This document shows positions 34,521 through 48,638 of a stretch of DNA of 64,000 nucleotides, in pieces. Within the stretch, counting starts at the first letter, position 1. Each line of letters starts with the position of its first letter. The translations under genes were made by a program, and so were the position numbers. The DNA is from Octopus sinensis (taxonomy: Eukaryota). The notes under the pieces are model-generated. The model was not told where the DNA came from. It saw only the letters and a program-made list of their open reading frames with translations, and searched no databases. Where the stretch lies: positions 56,792,001 through 56,856,000 of the forward strand of contig NC_043009.1 of assembly GCF_006345805.1 (NCBI RefSeq), read 5' to 3'.

Positions 34521-35254
34521 TGTAAAAATACGCATCAACATAAAATTATACTTTGCCATATTTTTATTCTTTTATTCTTTAATTTGTTTCAGTTATTTGA
34601 CTGCGGTCATGCTGGAGCACCGCCTTTAGTCGGACAGTTCGATCCCAGGACTTATTCTTTGTAAGCCTAGTACTTATTCTAATGGTTTTCTTTTGTCGAA
34701 CCGCTAAGTTACGGGGACGTAACGAAAGAGAATATTTTACGGAGAATTCCCTCGAAGCCTACAGCCTCTCTACCCAGAAATATATACATCTATAGCAAAA
34801 TATAGCAAAAATACATACATCTATAGCAAAATTTACGTATTGATGCACATGGTTAAATATGGTAATTATTGAAGTTGTAATCTCGAAGAAATGGCGTTTT
34901 CAGGTACATAAAGTAACCAGTTAGAAAACAATTTGCAAATGCTTTCTTTAGGTGGAACAACAAAAACAAGCAAGATGTTTTTAAGTTTCTTTATGTAACT
35001 GTATACCGTTGTTGAAGTCTATAATCCCCGTTATGAACCATTTCTTCTCCTTCAGAAACCGGGTTCTTGTTTACAAGAAAAAATCAGTTAATATTAAAAA
35101 AGAGAGATGTACAAAGTGCCATTCATTCTGATGCTAACCATTCTCTTAAGTTAATTCCAAATGTCTGCAAATAATAGATTATCAGCTTGGTGTGATTATA
35201 TAAGACAGGAATTTATGGCGCACATTAACATTAATAATAATAATAATAATAATA

Positions 35255-35313
<59 letters not shown>

Positions 35314-35336
35314 ACTGGTAATTATTATTATCATCA

Positions 35337-35373
<37 letters not shown>

Positions 35374-35619
35374 GAACGTGATACAAATAAAAACAGTAGA
35401 TAATAGCTTGTTTACTTGCTACAGAGAATACTGTATACATGTATTTGATGTGTGTGTATGTGTGTAAATAAATATGCGGTCAGATGTGTGCGCGCACGCT
35501 CACACGTATACATACATTATATGTATATATATGCATATATATATATGCATATTTATATGCATATATATATATACATACAAACACACACACACACACATAT
35601 ATATATATCAGTTTTATCC

Positions 35620-35665
<46 letters not shown>

Positions 35666-36419
35666 GCATGCATACATCTATATATGAATGTATGTAAGGG
35701 CGGGAACATTTCCTTATCTTCCTTGTACGCTCCAGTGAGCTGCTTCCCGATTCTTTCGTCTGGGTTGTCACTTTGATTTAGATGTTAACACTCACAACTA
35801 AATAGGTTATAGAACGCTACTGATATCGAGGGAATGGCAGGATACAGAGACAAGATAATGTTCTTACTCTAGTTAGCTTCTTTATGTTCCCTTCATTTAG
35901 AACGTTAATATTAGTTTAACGGGCGTTTGTTTAGCTCATTGTGAGGTCATGCCATAAATATGTGAGCTCATAGAACACATTGTTAGATCCCAGCATAAAC
36001 TGGGATACCAGGGTGTGAAACTGTATGATTGTGGCATCACTTATGAGATCGGAACATAAGGTGTGACGTCACTGCCGCAATCACAACTCTATATTGCTGG
36101 AAGCAAGCACATCTAACAATGTGTCTGTCACCAATATTTCCGTCGGTGGCGTAGACTTCGGCAGCAGCAATCCCTCAGAGTCGAAGATGATTATCTAGCA
36201 GATTTAACAATGGAAGAGTCACATGTAAATATTTATTCCAATGTAGGCTGCACGAATCCAATCATTGACCAGGCATTTCTTGTCTCGCAAAAGAGGTGTT
36301 GTTATAGTTGCTTTTCACTGCTTTGTACGCTCACATTTATCATGTAGATGTCGATTTTTTTTTATTGAAGGTTTGGGGCTCCATCATAGATGATTCGTCT
36401 CCATCTAAGTTGATTAATT

Positions 36420-37070
36420 GGCCAAAGACCCACGAGTCCTACAAGTACATCCTTAAAACGCTTCCTTTATCTTCCTTATGCGCTTAACAGTTGATTTAAA
36501 CAAATGTCGTGTCATCATTGGAATGTTTATTTGCGAAAATATTGGCTTGCTCGACTCCCTTGATACTCTTTCGTCTGTTCTGGGACTTGATGCGCAGTAT
36601 TTTCCCTAGACATCTCTAGCATAATATTTCCAGTTATTGGAGGTGTCGCTTACAACTTGTCCAGATTTCAGAACCATATAAGAGAGTTGGTACGATAACT
36701 GACTTGTACATCACAAATTTGGCTGTTTATCTCAGATCATAATCCGCTTGTGCTCGTCTTCTCAGGCAACCAAAGATTACGCTGGCATATTTTCTCTAGT
36801 TTGAGATATCCTCATCAGTGTCTACGTTGTGTGATAGGCGAATACGCATATACTGGTAGTTCTCAACAACTTTTCCAATTGACCATGTGTACCCAATAAC
36901 TGTACCAGGTTCTGGTACGTTGGATGCTTGTTGATTGCAGGAACATGCAGCCACGTAAATGCTGGTGTTGGACTGTGGCATTATATGTGTACTGAAGTTT
37001 AGTTACCGGTAAAACTGTGGTCATTGTTCTGGTATGGAGTTTGCCAGCATTAGAAAATGCTACCATCCGT
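36420..37070 (-). pseudogene. Decayed RTE-clade LINE reverse transcriptase fragment
   Basis: VVENYQY..RLSHNVDTDEDI, ASVIFGCL, YKSVIVPTLLYGSEIWT and RCLGKILRIK match the RTE RT C-terminal pattern; stops and frameshifts present. Confidence 0.8.
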
Positions 37071-37435
37071 ATAGTATAAGATTTTTATGTCAGATAGGAG
37101 CTTGCCCATAGTAAGCTACAATACGGCGGCAAAGCTGAGAAAAAGGAATTGGAGCAATTACATACCTTGTTTTATTCCAGTTCCGCCAAGCCTATACGTC
37201 GAAGAAATTTGTCACTGCATTTCAGTTTTCATGTTGTCATGCAAAGGTCACGTGTTTGTGATCGTTGTTTTACGAAAAGCTAAGTTTGATTGGCACTTTC
37301 CTAGGGTTTCACTGTTTTCAGAATCAAAGTTACATAAAACGTACATCGCCAAACTCTATACAACCAGATACTTTTAAATGCGTTCGCCGCATTTAAAAGT
37401 ACCATACACAGTACCATATTACTTTGAACTTCTGT

Positions 37436-37745
37436 TGTACATATTCCAATCTCATATAATGTACCATCTGAAAATCTTGAAGCACTTTTTATATTAGAGG
37501 AAACAGACCGTCTCTTACACGATCGCTTCTGGGAGCACATTCGCAGCATACTACTACATATGCTTGACCAACCTGTTAGGAGCATATTTGTAGCGCACTA
37601 CTTCATATGCTTGACCAAACAGACCAGTCCATTACTCATTCATCAGAGTGGAGCATCTCTGCAAACCATGGATCCGTAAAGGAAACAGAAGAAACAACGT
37701 TTCATATTCGAGCATAGAACCATGTCATCAACATGGTTAATTTAA
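37436..37745 (+). pseudogene. Decayed PLE (Neptune-like) GIY-YIG endonuclease fragment
   Basis: CTYSNLI*CTI, YI(fs)GETDRLLHDRFWEHIRSI, QPV..AHYF and EQRFIF. Confidence 0.75.
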
Positions 37746-38312
37746 TAGTTTTTCTTCCACTCATACACCTCTTCTTCGTGCAGTGATCTTTTTCTTATCC
37801 TTTAAATCCCCTCTCACTCCCAATAATCCCTCCACCTCATCCTTGCCTTCACTTTTCCTCCTCATTTCATTTCTCTTTCCTCTCTCCAATTTCCTCTCTC
37901 GTGCAAATACCTGTCTACATATAAACCTCACGTCGTCTTGCGTTCCTCATCAGCTGCAACCAGTTTTAGAAACGTAGAGAATGTCAAACACTGCTGTCTT
38001 TCTTTTATTTGCTCTCTGTAAACTTTACTCTAAAGAAGGACTCTGACCAAAACTATAGTTTATCCACTCCCCATAACAGTTTCACTGGACTCCTTCTATA
38101 TATTTTGGTAATATACCCTACACTATATACAGATATATCGCACATAGATACAACTGTAATATATTATTTAATGTATATAGATTTCATAAAGATACAAGTA
38201 TGACATACAACGTATTATATTGACACGACTATGATATTCTATATATTGTACATAAATACAACTATATATCTATATACCATATATTCTACATTGATATAAT
38301 TATGATATACCA

Positions 38313-38707
38313 TGCAGGAGTGGCTGTGTGGTAAGTAGCTTGCTTACCAACCACATGATTCCGGGTTCAGTCCCACTGGGTAGCACCTTGGGCAAGTGTC
38401 TTTGGTTGACGAAAACTGAAAGAAGACCGTCGTATATATATGTGGTGTGTGTGTGTGTGTTTGTGTGTGCGTGCGTGCGTGCGTATGTATGTATATGTGT
38501 GTGTATGTTTGTGTGTCTGTGTTTGTCCCCGACCATCGCTTGATAACCGATGCTTGTGTTTAAGTCCCCGTAACTTAGCGGTTCGGCAAAAGGGACCAAT
38601 AGAATAAGTACTAACTAGACTTACAAAGAATAAGTCCTGAGGTCGATTTGTTCAACTAAAGGCGGTGCCCCAGCACGGCCGCAGTCAAATGACTGATACA
38701 AATAAAA
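38313..38707 (+). mobile_element. SINE family A
   Basis: Colinear with 15034-15458. Confidence 0.88.
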
Positions 38708-39329
38708 AAAATATTATACATAGATTTTATACAGATACAATTATGATATTCCATATATTCATAATACAGTTGTGATATGATGTACATCGGACGTAGACGC
38801 GACTATATTATCTTATTTATTATACACCGAATAGGTATAAATACAACCGTGTTATGTTATGTATTATACATAGCTACAATTACAGCTTATCATAGATTGT
38901 ACATAGATAAGAAACAATATAACGGGATTTTTTATCATTATTTTTGTTTGTTAGTCACCAGATGTGCTATCGTAGCTTAGCATTTGATTCTCTGATATCT
39001 GCATTTTTTACATTCGATCTTGTGATACAGTTTCGTCAACTCCATCTCTCTTTCTCTCTCCTTCTCCTTCTCTCTCTCTTCCCCCCCCCTCTCTCTCTCT
39101 CTGCTTCTCGTTCTCTACCTTCTCTTTCAACACATTTTCCTTTCACTCCTCACATTCTTTTCTCTTTCCGCTCATTACTCTCCCTCTCTCTTTCTCCCTC
39201 TCTCTCTCTCTCTCTCTCTCTCCCTCTCTCCCCCCTCTCTCTCTCTCACACACATACATAATTTGAGATCAACACAAGTCGTCTCTTGTCTTTTCCTCCT
39301 TCACCCTATTCATGCTCATCTCTCCTCTT

Positions 39330-39363
<34 letters not shown>

Positions 39364-39972
39364 ACTTAACTAAACTCCTTGATATACTGTCGCCTAACAA
39401 TGGTGCATGACCAGACAAATCGACTCCAATATTTGTCCGGCACTTTATATTATCGACCCGAAAAGAGAAAGTTGAATTCGACGTGATTTGAACTCCAAAC
39501 ATAAAGGGGCGTAACTAAATACCGCTGGATATTTTATCTGATATCCTACCGATACGGCCAATACCGCGGCCTGTATAATCCTGTAAGTATAATCACGTGT
39601 TTCTACTGTAAAAGCAACAAAAACAACAAATGTAGCAGTTGCTATGGTTACCATAACAACAAAAGAAGCAAACGACAGCAGCAGCAACAACAACAACAAT
39701 ACGTACAGAAGCGGCAACGACGACGATGACGATTACAACAAATCAAAAACAACAACAACAATAACGATAATGACAAACACAACAGCCACAGCAACAAAAT
39801 CTAGAATGATAACGTCCTCACTCAATGTATGATAATTGCAGAGGAAAACTAACCAATGATGGAGCCATCTACATGGTCGCTACACCTGCTAGATATAGCA
39901 GTGAAATCGACCCTCAATCATACTCTGACGTCTGAAATAAACGAAAGGCATATTAGATAATGTGTGACGGTT

Positions 39973-40130
39973 CATGGCTTGGTGGTTAGGGGGGGTGGAC
40001 TCATGATAGTAAGATTGTGGTTTCGATTCCTGGGCCTAGCGATGCGTTGTGTTCTTTGAGCAAAACACTTCATTTCACGTTTCTCCTGTCCACTCAGCTG
40101 GTAAAAATGAGTAATCCTGCGACGGACCGG
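39973..40130 (+). mobile_element. SINE family D, 5' part
   Basis: tggcttggtggttagg..ggtttcgattcctgg..cttgagcaaaacacttcatttcacg; other copies at 44617, 60011 and (minus) 59820. Confidence 0.8.
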
Positions 40131-40219
40131 CGGCACCTTGGGCAAGTGTCTTCTACTATAGCGAAGTGCACGTGCATTTTTCTCGCGTACGCTTAGTATC
40201 GATCGCAACAGCTGATGTA

Positions 40220-40418
40220 CTAGCGCGTACAAATGCACGTTCCCACGGCTTTATCGATCGCATTCTCATCTGGAATCGATTTTTGTAAGTTTTTCAAGAC
40301 TTATACATGCCCTGATACCGTCGGTATCTACATATCGAATTTGAGCACAATCGGATGGAAGATGCCCGAGATCCTAGAAGACACACACACAGACAGACAG
40401 AACGGATTTCATATAAGA
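40220..40418 (-). mobile_element. 199-bp non-autonomous Helitron
   Basis: Minus: A|TC start at 40418, subterminal hairpin cgtgc-attt-gtacg, CTAG|T end at 40220. Confidence 0.7.
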
Positions 40419-40519
40419 TATATATATATATATAATATATCTATGTGAATATATATGTGTGTGTGTGTATGCATATATGGGTACAGGACATCAGCTATAT
40501 ATGTATGTATGTAGATATA

Positions 40520-40913
40520 TCTTTATATATAAAAGTAAGGTTGTGTGTCGTCTACTCCGATTTAGATTCCTAACTACTCCCACATTTTGCGGTGCAGTTT
40601 AACCAAAACCGGGTATCTTATAGTCGTGATTCATATCGAGCCCTTCTGGGTATTAGCGCGCGTCTACGATCAGTCTACGATTTTAAAAATAATTTACCAT
40701 CATTTCTTTCCATTTTAATGCATATTTTTTTTAATATAAGGGAAGTAACTCTCTAAAAATGTCTACGATGAGTCAACGATTTAAAAAAAAATTTACCATC
40801 ATATTTTTTTCCATTTTTAATGCATTTTTTTGCTATTTTTTGGCTATAACTCTCTAAAAATGCTTTGTAGTTATTTCCCTTATAAACCCGAGCAACGCCG
40901 GGCGATACTGCTA

Positions 40914-40914
<1 letters not shown>
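40520..40914 (+). mobile_element. 395-bp non-autonomous Helitron
   Basis: A|TC start; hairpin cccg-agcaacgc-cggg 8 nt before CTAG|T; no TSD. Confidence 0.85.
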
Positions 40915-40978
<64 letters not shown>

Positions 40979-41580
40979 GGAGTAATGTGGAATATCTTAG
41001 ATAATGTGGCCCGAGACGTAACACTAAAATTGGGATATTCATATTTGGAGCGCCTTCGACCAAAGGCTTGATCGATCTGAGTTAACCTGGGCCTAAGCAA
41101 CAACAGAAATATCATCCGACTGTGTGTGAGTGGCATGGGTTGAATTAAAGCTGACCTGGAGCTAAAAATAATAACTAAAACAGCAGCAGCAATGACAACG
41201 GCCAACAATAATGTCTGCCCTGCAACTACCAACAACAACAGCAACAAAAGCAATGTTTCTACCACCACCACTACCACCGCTACATCAACAACAACCACAA
41301 AAAACAACCAACAACGGTAATAAAAAGCTTTTAACTCATAATTGCTTGATCGGTGTGTCCTCTCTCGGGGTTAGAGCTAACCTTTAGTGAAGTGTTTGCA
41401 TGTGTGTGTGTGTGTATACGTCTATGTGTATGAGCATGTGTATGTGTGTGTGCGCGCGCGCGTGTGTAAGCATGTGTATGTATGTGTTCATGCGTATGTG
41501 TGTGGGAGAGACAGAGAGGTCGTGCATGTTTATTCATATATATATCCGTGCACGTATGTATATATATGTGCATATACGTG

Positions 41581-41672
<92 letters not shown>
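41581..41672. repeat. (GA)n microsatellite
   Basis: Directly visible. Confidence 0.95.
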
Positions 41673-41679
<7 letters not shown>

Positions 41680-41781
41680 TAGATAGATAGATGAGGGTGT
41701 GTGTGTATGTGTTCAGGTATGGGCGCGTGCTCGTGTATGTACATAAATGTGTGTGCGTGTTTGTATGTGTGTGTGTGTGTG

Positions 41782-41812
<31 letters not shown>

Positions 41813-42062
41813 ATGTATGTATGTATGTATGTATGTATGTATTGCATTTTATAATTAGAAACTGAAACCATAGACTGTCAGTGCAGCCACCAGTGACCAA
41901 CACTGTCTAATTAGTGCTTGAGGTTAAACACTTCTGGAGGACTCACTGTCCTGACTTCAAACAGCTCAGGGATTGATAAAATAATCAATACGAGTAATAA
42001 TCACATGATTCTTATTCTACTACTACTGCTGCTGCTGCTGCTGCCGCTACTACTACTACTAC

Positions 42063-42110
<48 letters not shown>

Positions 42111-42111
42111 G

Positions 42112-42510
42112 CTCGACCTTTATTCTCTAGAAAAACGCCGCCGCCGTGGTGATCTCATTCTCGCTCATAACATCATAAGCGGAAAGTGTAACCTCTCGAA
42201 AGAGCTGTTCTTCACTCCTGCTCCAGAGCGTCGGCTGCGGGGTCATTCCGAAAAGCTCTATCTGCGACGATTTCATCTCAATCGAAGGAGAGGGGCTTTC
42301 TCCGTCCGGGTTGCGGATCCGTGGAACAAGCTGCCGGACGAGATGGTGAAGATGCCGACAACCGCTTTGTTCAAAGTCTCCCTTGACCTCAAGTGGCCTG
42401 AACTCTTTACATGAACACCACCCTGTACATAACTCCATGTCCCCCTACATGGCCTTGCTTTTTGCTTTTTGAGCCAAAAATTAACTAACTAACTAACTAA
42501 CTAATAAATA
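42112..42510 (+). mobile_element. 5'-truncated CR1-clade LINE 3' end with (CTAA)n tail
   Basis: Uninterrupted frame 42112-42414: LDLYSLEKRRRRGDLI..RGHSEKL..FSVRVADPWNKLP..FKVSLD, the CR1 ORF2 C-terminal signature. Confidence 0.88.
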
Positions 42511-43433
42511 ATTTCAAATTTTGGCACAAGGTCAGCAATTACGAGAGAAAGGGTAAGTCGATTACATTGACCCCAATCTTCAACTGGTACTTATTTTATC
42601 GACCTTAGAAGGACGAAAATCAAAGTTGACATCGACGGATTTTGAACTGAGAGTATAAATATGGACGAAATGCCATTAAGCATTTTGCCTGGCGTGCTAA
42701 CGACTCTGCCAGCTTGCCTCCATAGCAACAACAACAACAACAAGTTATTCACACATGTTGAACTATGTAAAATATTGGAGAAAGAAACCTAGTTGTTTCT
42801 TGCAATACATACCGCTACATATATCTAAAGCAAAATTTTTTTTCAGGGACCCTTAAAATACTATTGTGGATCTCCAGTTTACGATTTTGTTGCGTGGACC
42901 CCCAAAAATCGTTTATGGACCCCGTATATGAATCACTATAGACAAATGGCTGAAGGAGATTGGAATGGAATGTCCTGTAGAGCTTCTAGAGAAAGTTTGC
43001 CTCTTGGGGGCAGGGAAGATTATCAGAAGGGTTTTGTGCACTTGAAAGATTATTGAAAGCTTGTAGATACCTAAAATTACAGGTAGTAACCCGCTACCCA
43101 CATAAATTCTACCAGGCGTAAGACCAAACCTGACTCAAATCGAATCCAAAGCAGGAATCTAAAACACTCGAAAAATGTAACAGACATAACTCGGCATCGT
43201 CAACAAATACAGCAGTTCCCAACAAAAATCATGGCAATGTAAGTGAAGGGCCATACTTTACACGTCAAGTCTTACAAATATCATAAAATGCATAAATGGA
43301 CACGGGAGGAATACGTTTTTATTCTATAAACATATTTTACAACCCCAATCTACTTAAAAGCATTCAACTTAAAACCAAAACTGTGACAATACACTCGTAT
43401 AAAATTTGCAGGGAAAATAGCCAGGACCTAAAT

Positions 43434-43741
43434 GTAGAGGCACATGGCCTAGTGGTTAGAGTAGCGGACTCGCGGTCGAGGGATCGCGGGTTTGAATCTC
43501 AGACCGAGAGATGTGTGTGTTTATGAGCGAAAAACCTAAGTTCCACGCAGCTCCGGCAGAAGATAATGGCGAACCCTGCTGTACTCTTTCGTCACAACTT
43601 TCTCTCACTCTTTCCTCCTGTATCTAGCAGCTCACCTGTGACGGGCCGGCGTTCCGTCCAGGTGGGGAACCTATACGCCATTGAAACCAGGAAACCGGCC
43701 CTTATGAGCCAGGCAAGGCTCGAGAAGGAACAAACAACAGC
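43434..43741 (+). mobile_element. SINE family C, near full length
   Basis: tRNA-like head shared with 30980; ends gaacaaacaac. Confidence 0.8.
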
Positions 43742-44616
43742 AAATGTAACTTTGTATACCAATAAGCTAGGTAGGTAACTTAAGAGGATATATTATCAAA
43801 AACTAGAAAATATTAGAAATCAGAATAGAACATTTATAACAAAAATAAAACAACTTAAAACTATAATGAAACACAAAACAAAACAAATGTAAAAACATTG
43901 CTAACTTAAACCACGTAAACTTAACATGGGTGAAGCAAAATAAAGAACAGAGCTCAAGAAAAATAAATCTTTGAATCTTTAAGAAAAGCGGATAATTAAA
44001 AACACAACTAGGACAACACAAATAAAAATAAAAGTGAATACGAGGAAGATTTAACAATAGGAAGGTTTAAAGGTGGAAATTATTAACATGACAGTCTAAT
44101 AGTAGAAGAATTTTAAGAATTAAAACAATATAAAATCTTAGTGTGAACCAACGAAAGTACCTTCCAAGGATAACATTTAATAATATATATATAATAACAA
44201 TAGCACATGCAAACCTAGTATGACCTGCTTAATGAAAACAGACACGAAAATCAATACCACAAGGTTAAATGAAATAATACATGTGAACACCGGCAGATTT
44301 AATCATATGGGTATATCGAAACCTAAACAGGTAACTTGGACAACAAATATCCATAAAGCGATGGTCAGATCAATAACGGAATGACAAAATTGAAAGGAGA
44401 GCAGACAAACACTATTGAAATGTCATATAACACTCAAATTAGAATTGAAAAAAGATAAACGTTTTAAACAAAAGATTCTCTCACAAGGACACTCTCGGTG
44501 TGTAAAGCGACAACTCTTTTAATAAAACAAGCGATTGACTCCAAACAAAGACAATTATGTTAAAATCTAGATTAGAATGAGGGAGTAGCACATCAATAAT
44601 TGCACATCAATAATTG

Positions 44617-44871
44617 TGGAAGCACATGGCTTAGTGGTTAAGGGTGTTTGACTCGTGATCGTAAGATTGTGGTTTCGATTCCTGGACGGGGCGACGCGTT
44701 GTGTTCTTGAGCAAAACACTTCATTTCACGTTGCTCCTGTCCACTTAGCCGGCAAACGTGAGTAATCCTGCGACGGACAAGCGTCTCATCCACAGAGGAA
44801 TATATACGAATATATACGCCAGAGAACCTGGAAAGCGGCCCTGCGTTCCTTAAAGAGAAATGTGGACTAAC
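44617..44871 (+). mobile_element. SINE family D-derived insertion with 13-bp TSD
   Basis: cacatcaataatt at 44603-44615 and 44872-44884, with an extra copy at 44589-44601. Confidence 0.75.
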
Positions 44872-45372
44872 CACATCAATAATTAGTGAATTGATCCCGT
44901 TATCAGTAATTGATCCCGTTATGACAATCAGATTTTCTGGTTAGGCGGGATTCTCATTTGTAGTGACCATGTATGCAATCTCTCCACAGGCAGACAACAG
45001 GTAGAGTTATTCCAGATAAAGCCGAAATCGAAAAAGCCGATTCCTAATTTTCTGTCCACAGAGAGATTGCTAATACATTTGCGTATATTTGTCAGTGTAT
45101 CACATTACATACTACAAATAAATCGCACTGCCTCACATACATATTGTGTGTGTGTGTGTGTATTTACATAAGGGCAGACTGATTATATTTGGGTAAAAAA
45201 GGAGAGCCATTGCCCGCAATGTTTCCAGTCAATCCCAGGTGATAACGAAATATTGATATTGTTTTTTAATTTCTGTAGGTTAAAGCAGAGATGTATATGG
45301 TATATATATACATATATATACAAATATATACATAATGTATATATCTTATATATATATATATATATATATATA

Positions 45373-45581
45373 ACGGGAAGCTTTTGAAAATAGACAAAAG
45401 ACGAAGGCAGGTTTACGGAAATAAACAAAAGACGAAGGCAGGTGGAATACAAACAAACAATTGTATTAGTATGGCGCTCAGGAAATATAAATAAAACAAG
45501 TCTTTAACGTTTCGAGCCTACGCTCTTCAACAGAAAGATACACAGAGAAAAAACACAGAAAGAAGGAGAGAAAAAAATTTG

Positions 45582-45583
<2 letters not shown>
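45373..45583 (-). mobile_element. HHR-bearing element flanked by (TA)n on both sides; variant HHR at 45501-45538
   Basis: Same family as 28531; internal ~30-bp duplication. Confidence 0.85.
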
Positions 45584-45662
<79 letters not shown>

Positions 45663-45781
45663 GGAAATATATATATCTATGTCTAGATATATATATACAT
45701 ACATACATACATACACATACATACATACGTACATACATACATATACATATATATATATATGCATGCATATATACTACATGC

Positions 45782-45849
<68 letters not shown>

Positions 45850-47249
45850 CAACATAATTTTCTGTGCTTTCGTTTTGTATTTTTTTACTACGATTCACCT
45901 CGTGGAATTTTTTAATCAGAAAATATGTGTGGGAGTGGGTTGTATCCAGGTGTAACTCTTTGAAAGCAGCACTATCATAACACCATGTAAGAAAAAATTT
46001 GAAGATTGTAATTGACGTCATAATTTTATCATCATTTCAAACTGCAGACGACACCGTAGAACTAATAAATCTACAAAGCCAATGTTGTTAAGTGAATATA
46101 TTTTCTTTTAAACTGGTTCATATTCATAATTATTGCCAAGAAATATTACGCTTGTTTATATACGTATTTATATTTTTGTTTATTTTATTTGTATATGCAT
46201 TCATTTTTAAATATATATTATGTATTTATATTTGTATATGTATTATTTATATATGCATTTACTTTTAATGAGAGTTAACGTGAGGTACAATACGGAATTG
46301 TATATTCTGTATCATTTTTGATTAAAAAGGTAAGCAATGTATATAAACAGACCAACTAGTTCAGGCAAGATATAGAAAATTAAAACTAAAAAAAATCAAA
46401 GCATTAAAAATATATATAAAAAAAAGGTATTAGAAAACAATCGTTAGTGCCCAAAACACCTATTAGTTCTATCTGAAAAGCACCTACTAATAAGAAGAAA
46501 ATGGAAATTAACTAAAGTGGTGTGCTGGTAGAATCGTTAGCATGCCGGACGACATGCTTAGCGGCATATCTTCTGCCTTTAAATTAGGAATTCAAAATCA
46601 ACTGAGGAACTTTTTCTGTTCATCCTTTTAGGGTCGATAAAATAAGTGCCTGTAGAGCACTGGGATCCATGAAATCGACTAGTCTCTTTCCTTAAAGTTT
46701 CAGTCTTTGTACATATGTTGCAAAAGAAATGCACTCTAACCAACTGGAGAAAACAACACTTTAGATTCACAAATAATACGAAGTCATCCGTTATGTAAAA
46801 GCGACACCAAGGATTTTCACAGACATCAACTCATTGGAACTTTCAAAGAAGGATCAGATGAAAACTGTAGACATGCTTCCAATAAGAAGCACTCGAAATG
46901 TAACCGGCCTGAACTTCCACAAAGTTAACTCGAAATCAACTCAAAAATGAGATCCTAAAACAGAACTAGTCTAAAAACCTCCTTATGCAAAACAATGACA
47001 AATTTCTGCAGTTTATATCGATAATGCAAGCCATATGTATAAAGTTAACATAAAACGAACACTCCAAGAAATCGATAACAAAATTAAACATACCCATGAA
47101 AAGGAGCCTAGAAAAGGGAAATCGCGGGTTTTAGGAAGCATAAAAGTCATCACTGAAGTTTTGTATACTTTTGTAAATGAATTAGTTTCAATGCATTACA
47201 AGATGGCACCAATGTTCCAAGAAAATAGCGTACTAACAGCAGACTCCTA

Positions 47250-47790
47250 AAAGGAAAAGCGAAATACTAAATGAACAATTCAAAAGAATTTTTGCCTTTC
47301 CAATGGGACACATCAAAATAAATACGACTGACAAATTCTTAAACACTACAGCTTCCCATTGGTAAGTGGCAACAATCGTTTATATTGATATAATCCTCAT
47401 ATAAATTAGGACGATTTGTCAATCATAGATAAAATGAGCCAAATGCCTAAACTCAACAACAAACTCCACTGGATTCCCAACAATTCAGTGGAAAACTTGT
47501 GAAGAAGCTTTAACAAAACCACTTCAAATATATTTCCAAAGCATTCTTGCAAGTGTTAAATCCACTAAAATGTTAAAAGAATGTAATATGTTCTATCCAT
47601 AAAACAGGTATCAGGCGAGATGCTAAAACTTGCAGCTCGTTAATTTCTCATACCAACAAAGCCAGGAAAAGAGTTATTAGGGAGTGGGGACAGATCACGT
47701 TCTTAAAGGAAAACAACTTGCTAACTGAAACATAGACTAACGGCTTCCATCCAAGGAAGTGCTTAACAACACTTTTACAGTATTGCGTTT
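47250..47790 (+). pseudogene. Decayed CR1/L2-like LINE ORF2 fragment (region N-terminal to and entering RT)
   Basis: KSEILNEQFKRIF, KPLQIYFQS, FLKENNLLTE and GFHPRKCLTTLLQY; many indels. Confidence 0.7.
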
Positions 47791-48024
47791 AGGTCATAAA
47801 ACAACTACTTGGCCATTCAAATGTGGATGTGGTATATCTTTAAAATTTTGTATGTGTATTCACACACACACACACACATACACAAATGTGTTTATATCAG
47901 TTGTAATAATGAAATTAAACTGAATAGCAATATTTTGGAATAATTTAATATGCACGTTTCAGTTTCGTGTAATAGGAAATGCACCTATTACATAAACCTT
48001 CTACAGTACAACACTTTGAGGCTA

Positions 48025-48099
<75 letters not shown>

Positions 48100-48230
48100 C
48101 CGTAAATAATAATGATAGTATTTTATAAGCTTAAATCTTATAAGCGATCACCGCGCAATGACTAAAGAAAATAGTCTAATCCCTGTAGCTGAGCCATAAA
48201 GCTGTCTCTGTAGAACGTACTGAAGAACAT

Positions 48231-48269
48231 CTCGACTAGTTTCACCCGTTTTTACTAGCTCATCAGAAA
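48231..48269 (-). ncRNA. Decayed minimal hammerhead motif
   Basis: Minus: TTT CTGATGA GCTAGT AAAA ACGGGT GAAAC TA GTC GAG; stems rely on G-U pairs. Confidence 0.5.
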
Positions 48270-48469
48270 TCTTTATTTATTCCAGAGAAAAAATACCTTA
48301 GAGTTAATTACAAAAAATAATGTTTGCACAAGAGACCTCAGTTTCGTTTTTCAGTATATCATTGCTTTTCACTTTATCATTTAGTATACCAACGTTAGCA
48401 TGCCTGCTGCACAATGGATTTTTCATAAGTAGTTATAAACCAAGATTTCTATCAACGTCGCCATCTTAA

Positions 48470-48565
48470 TTACTATCATCATTGTCAGCATGTCCATCAT
48501 TATAATTATCATTATCAAAATTATCATCATCACTATCCACTTCGACGATCAATAACAATATACCT

Positions 48566-48638
<73 letters not shown>

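Noticed and set aside
35231-35467. Poly-His, poly-Asp and poly-Met ORFs (also 48466-48993, 52482-52884, 57615-57819)
   Set aside because: Trinucleotide microsatellite translations.
35770-36400. Possible further LINE RT remnant on the minus strand
   Set aside because: Too decayed to assign motifs by eye.
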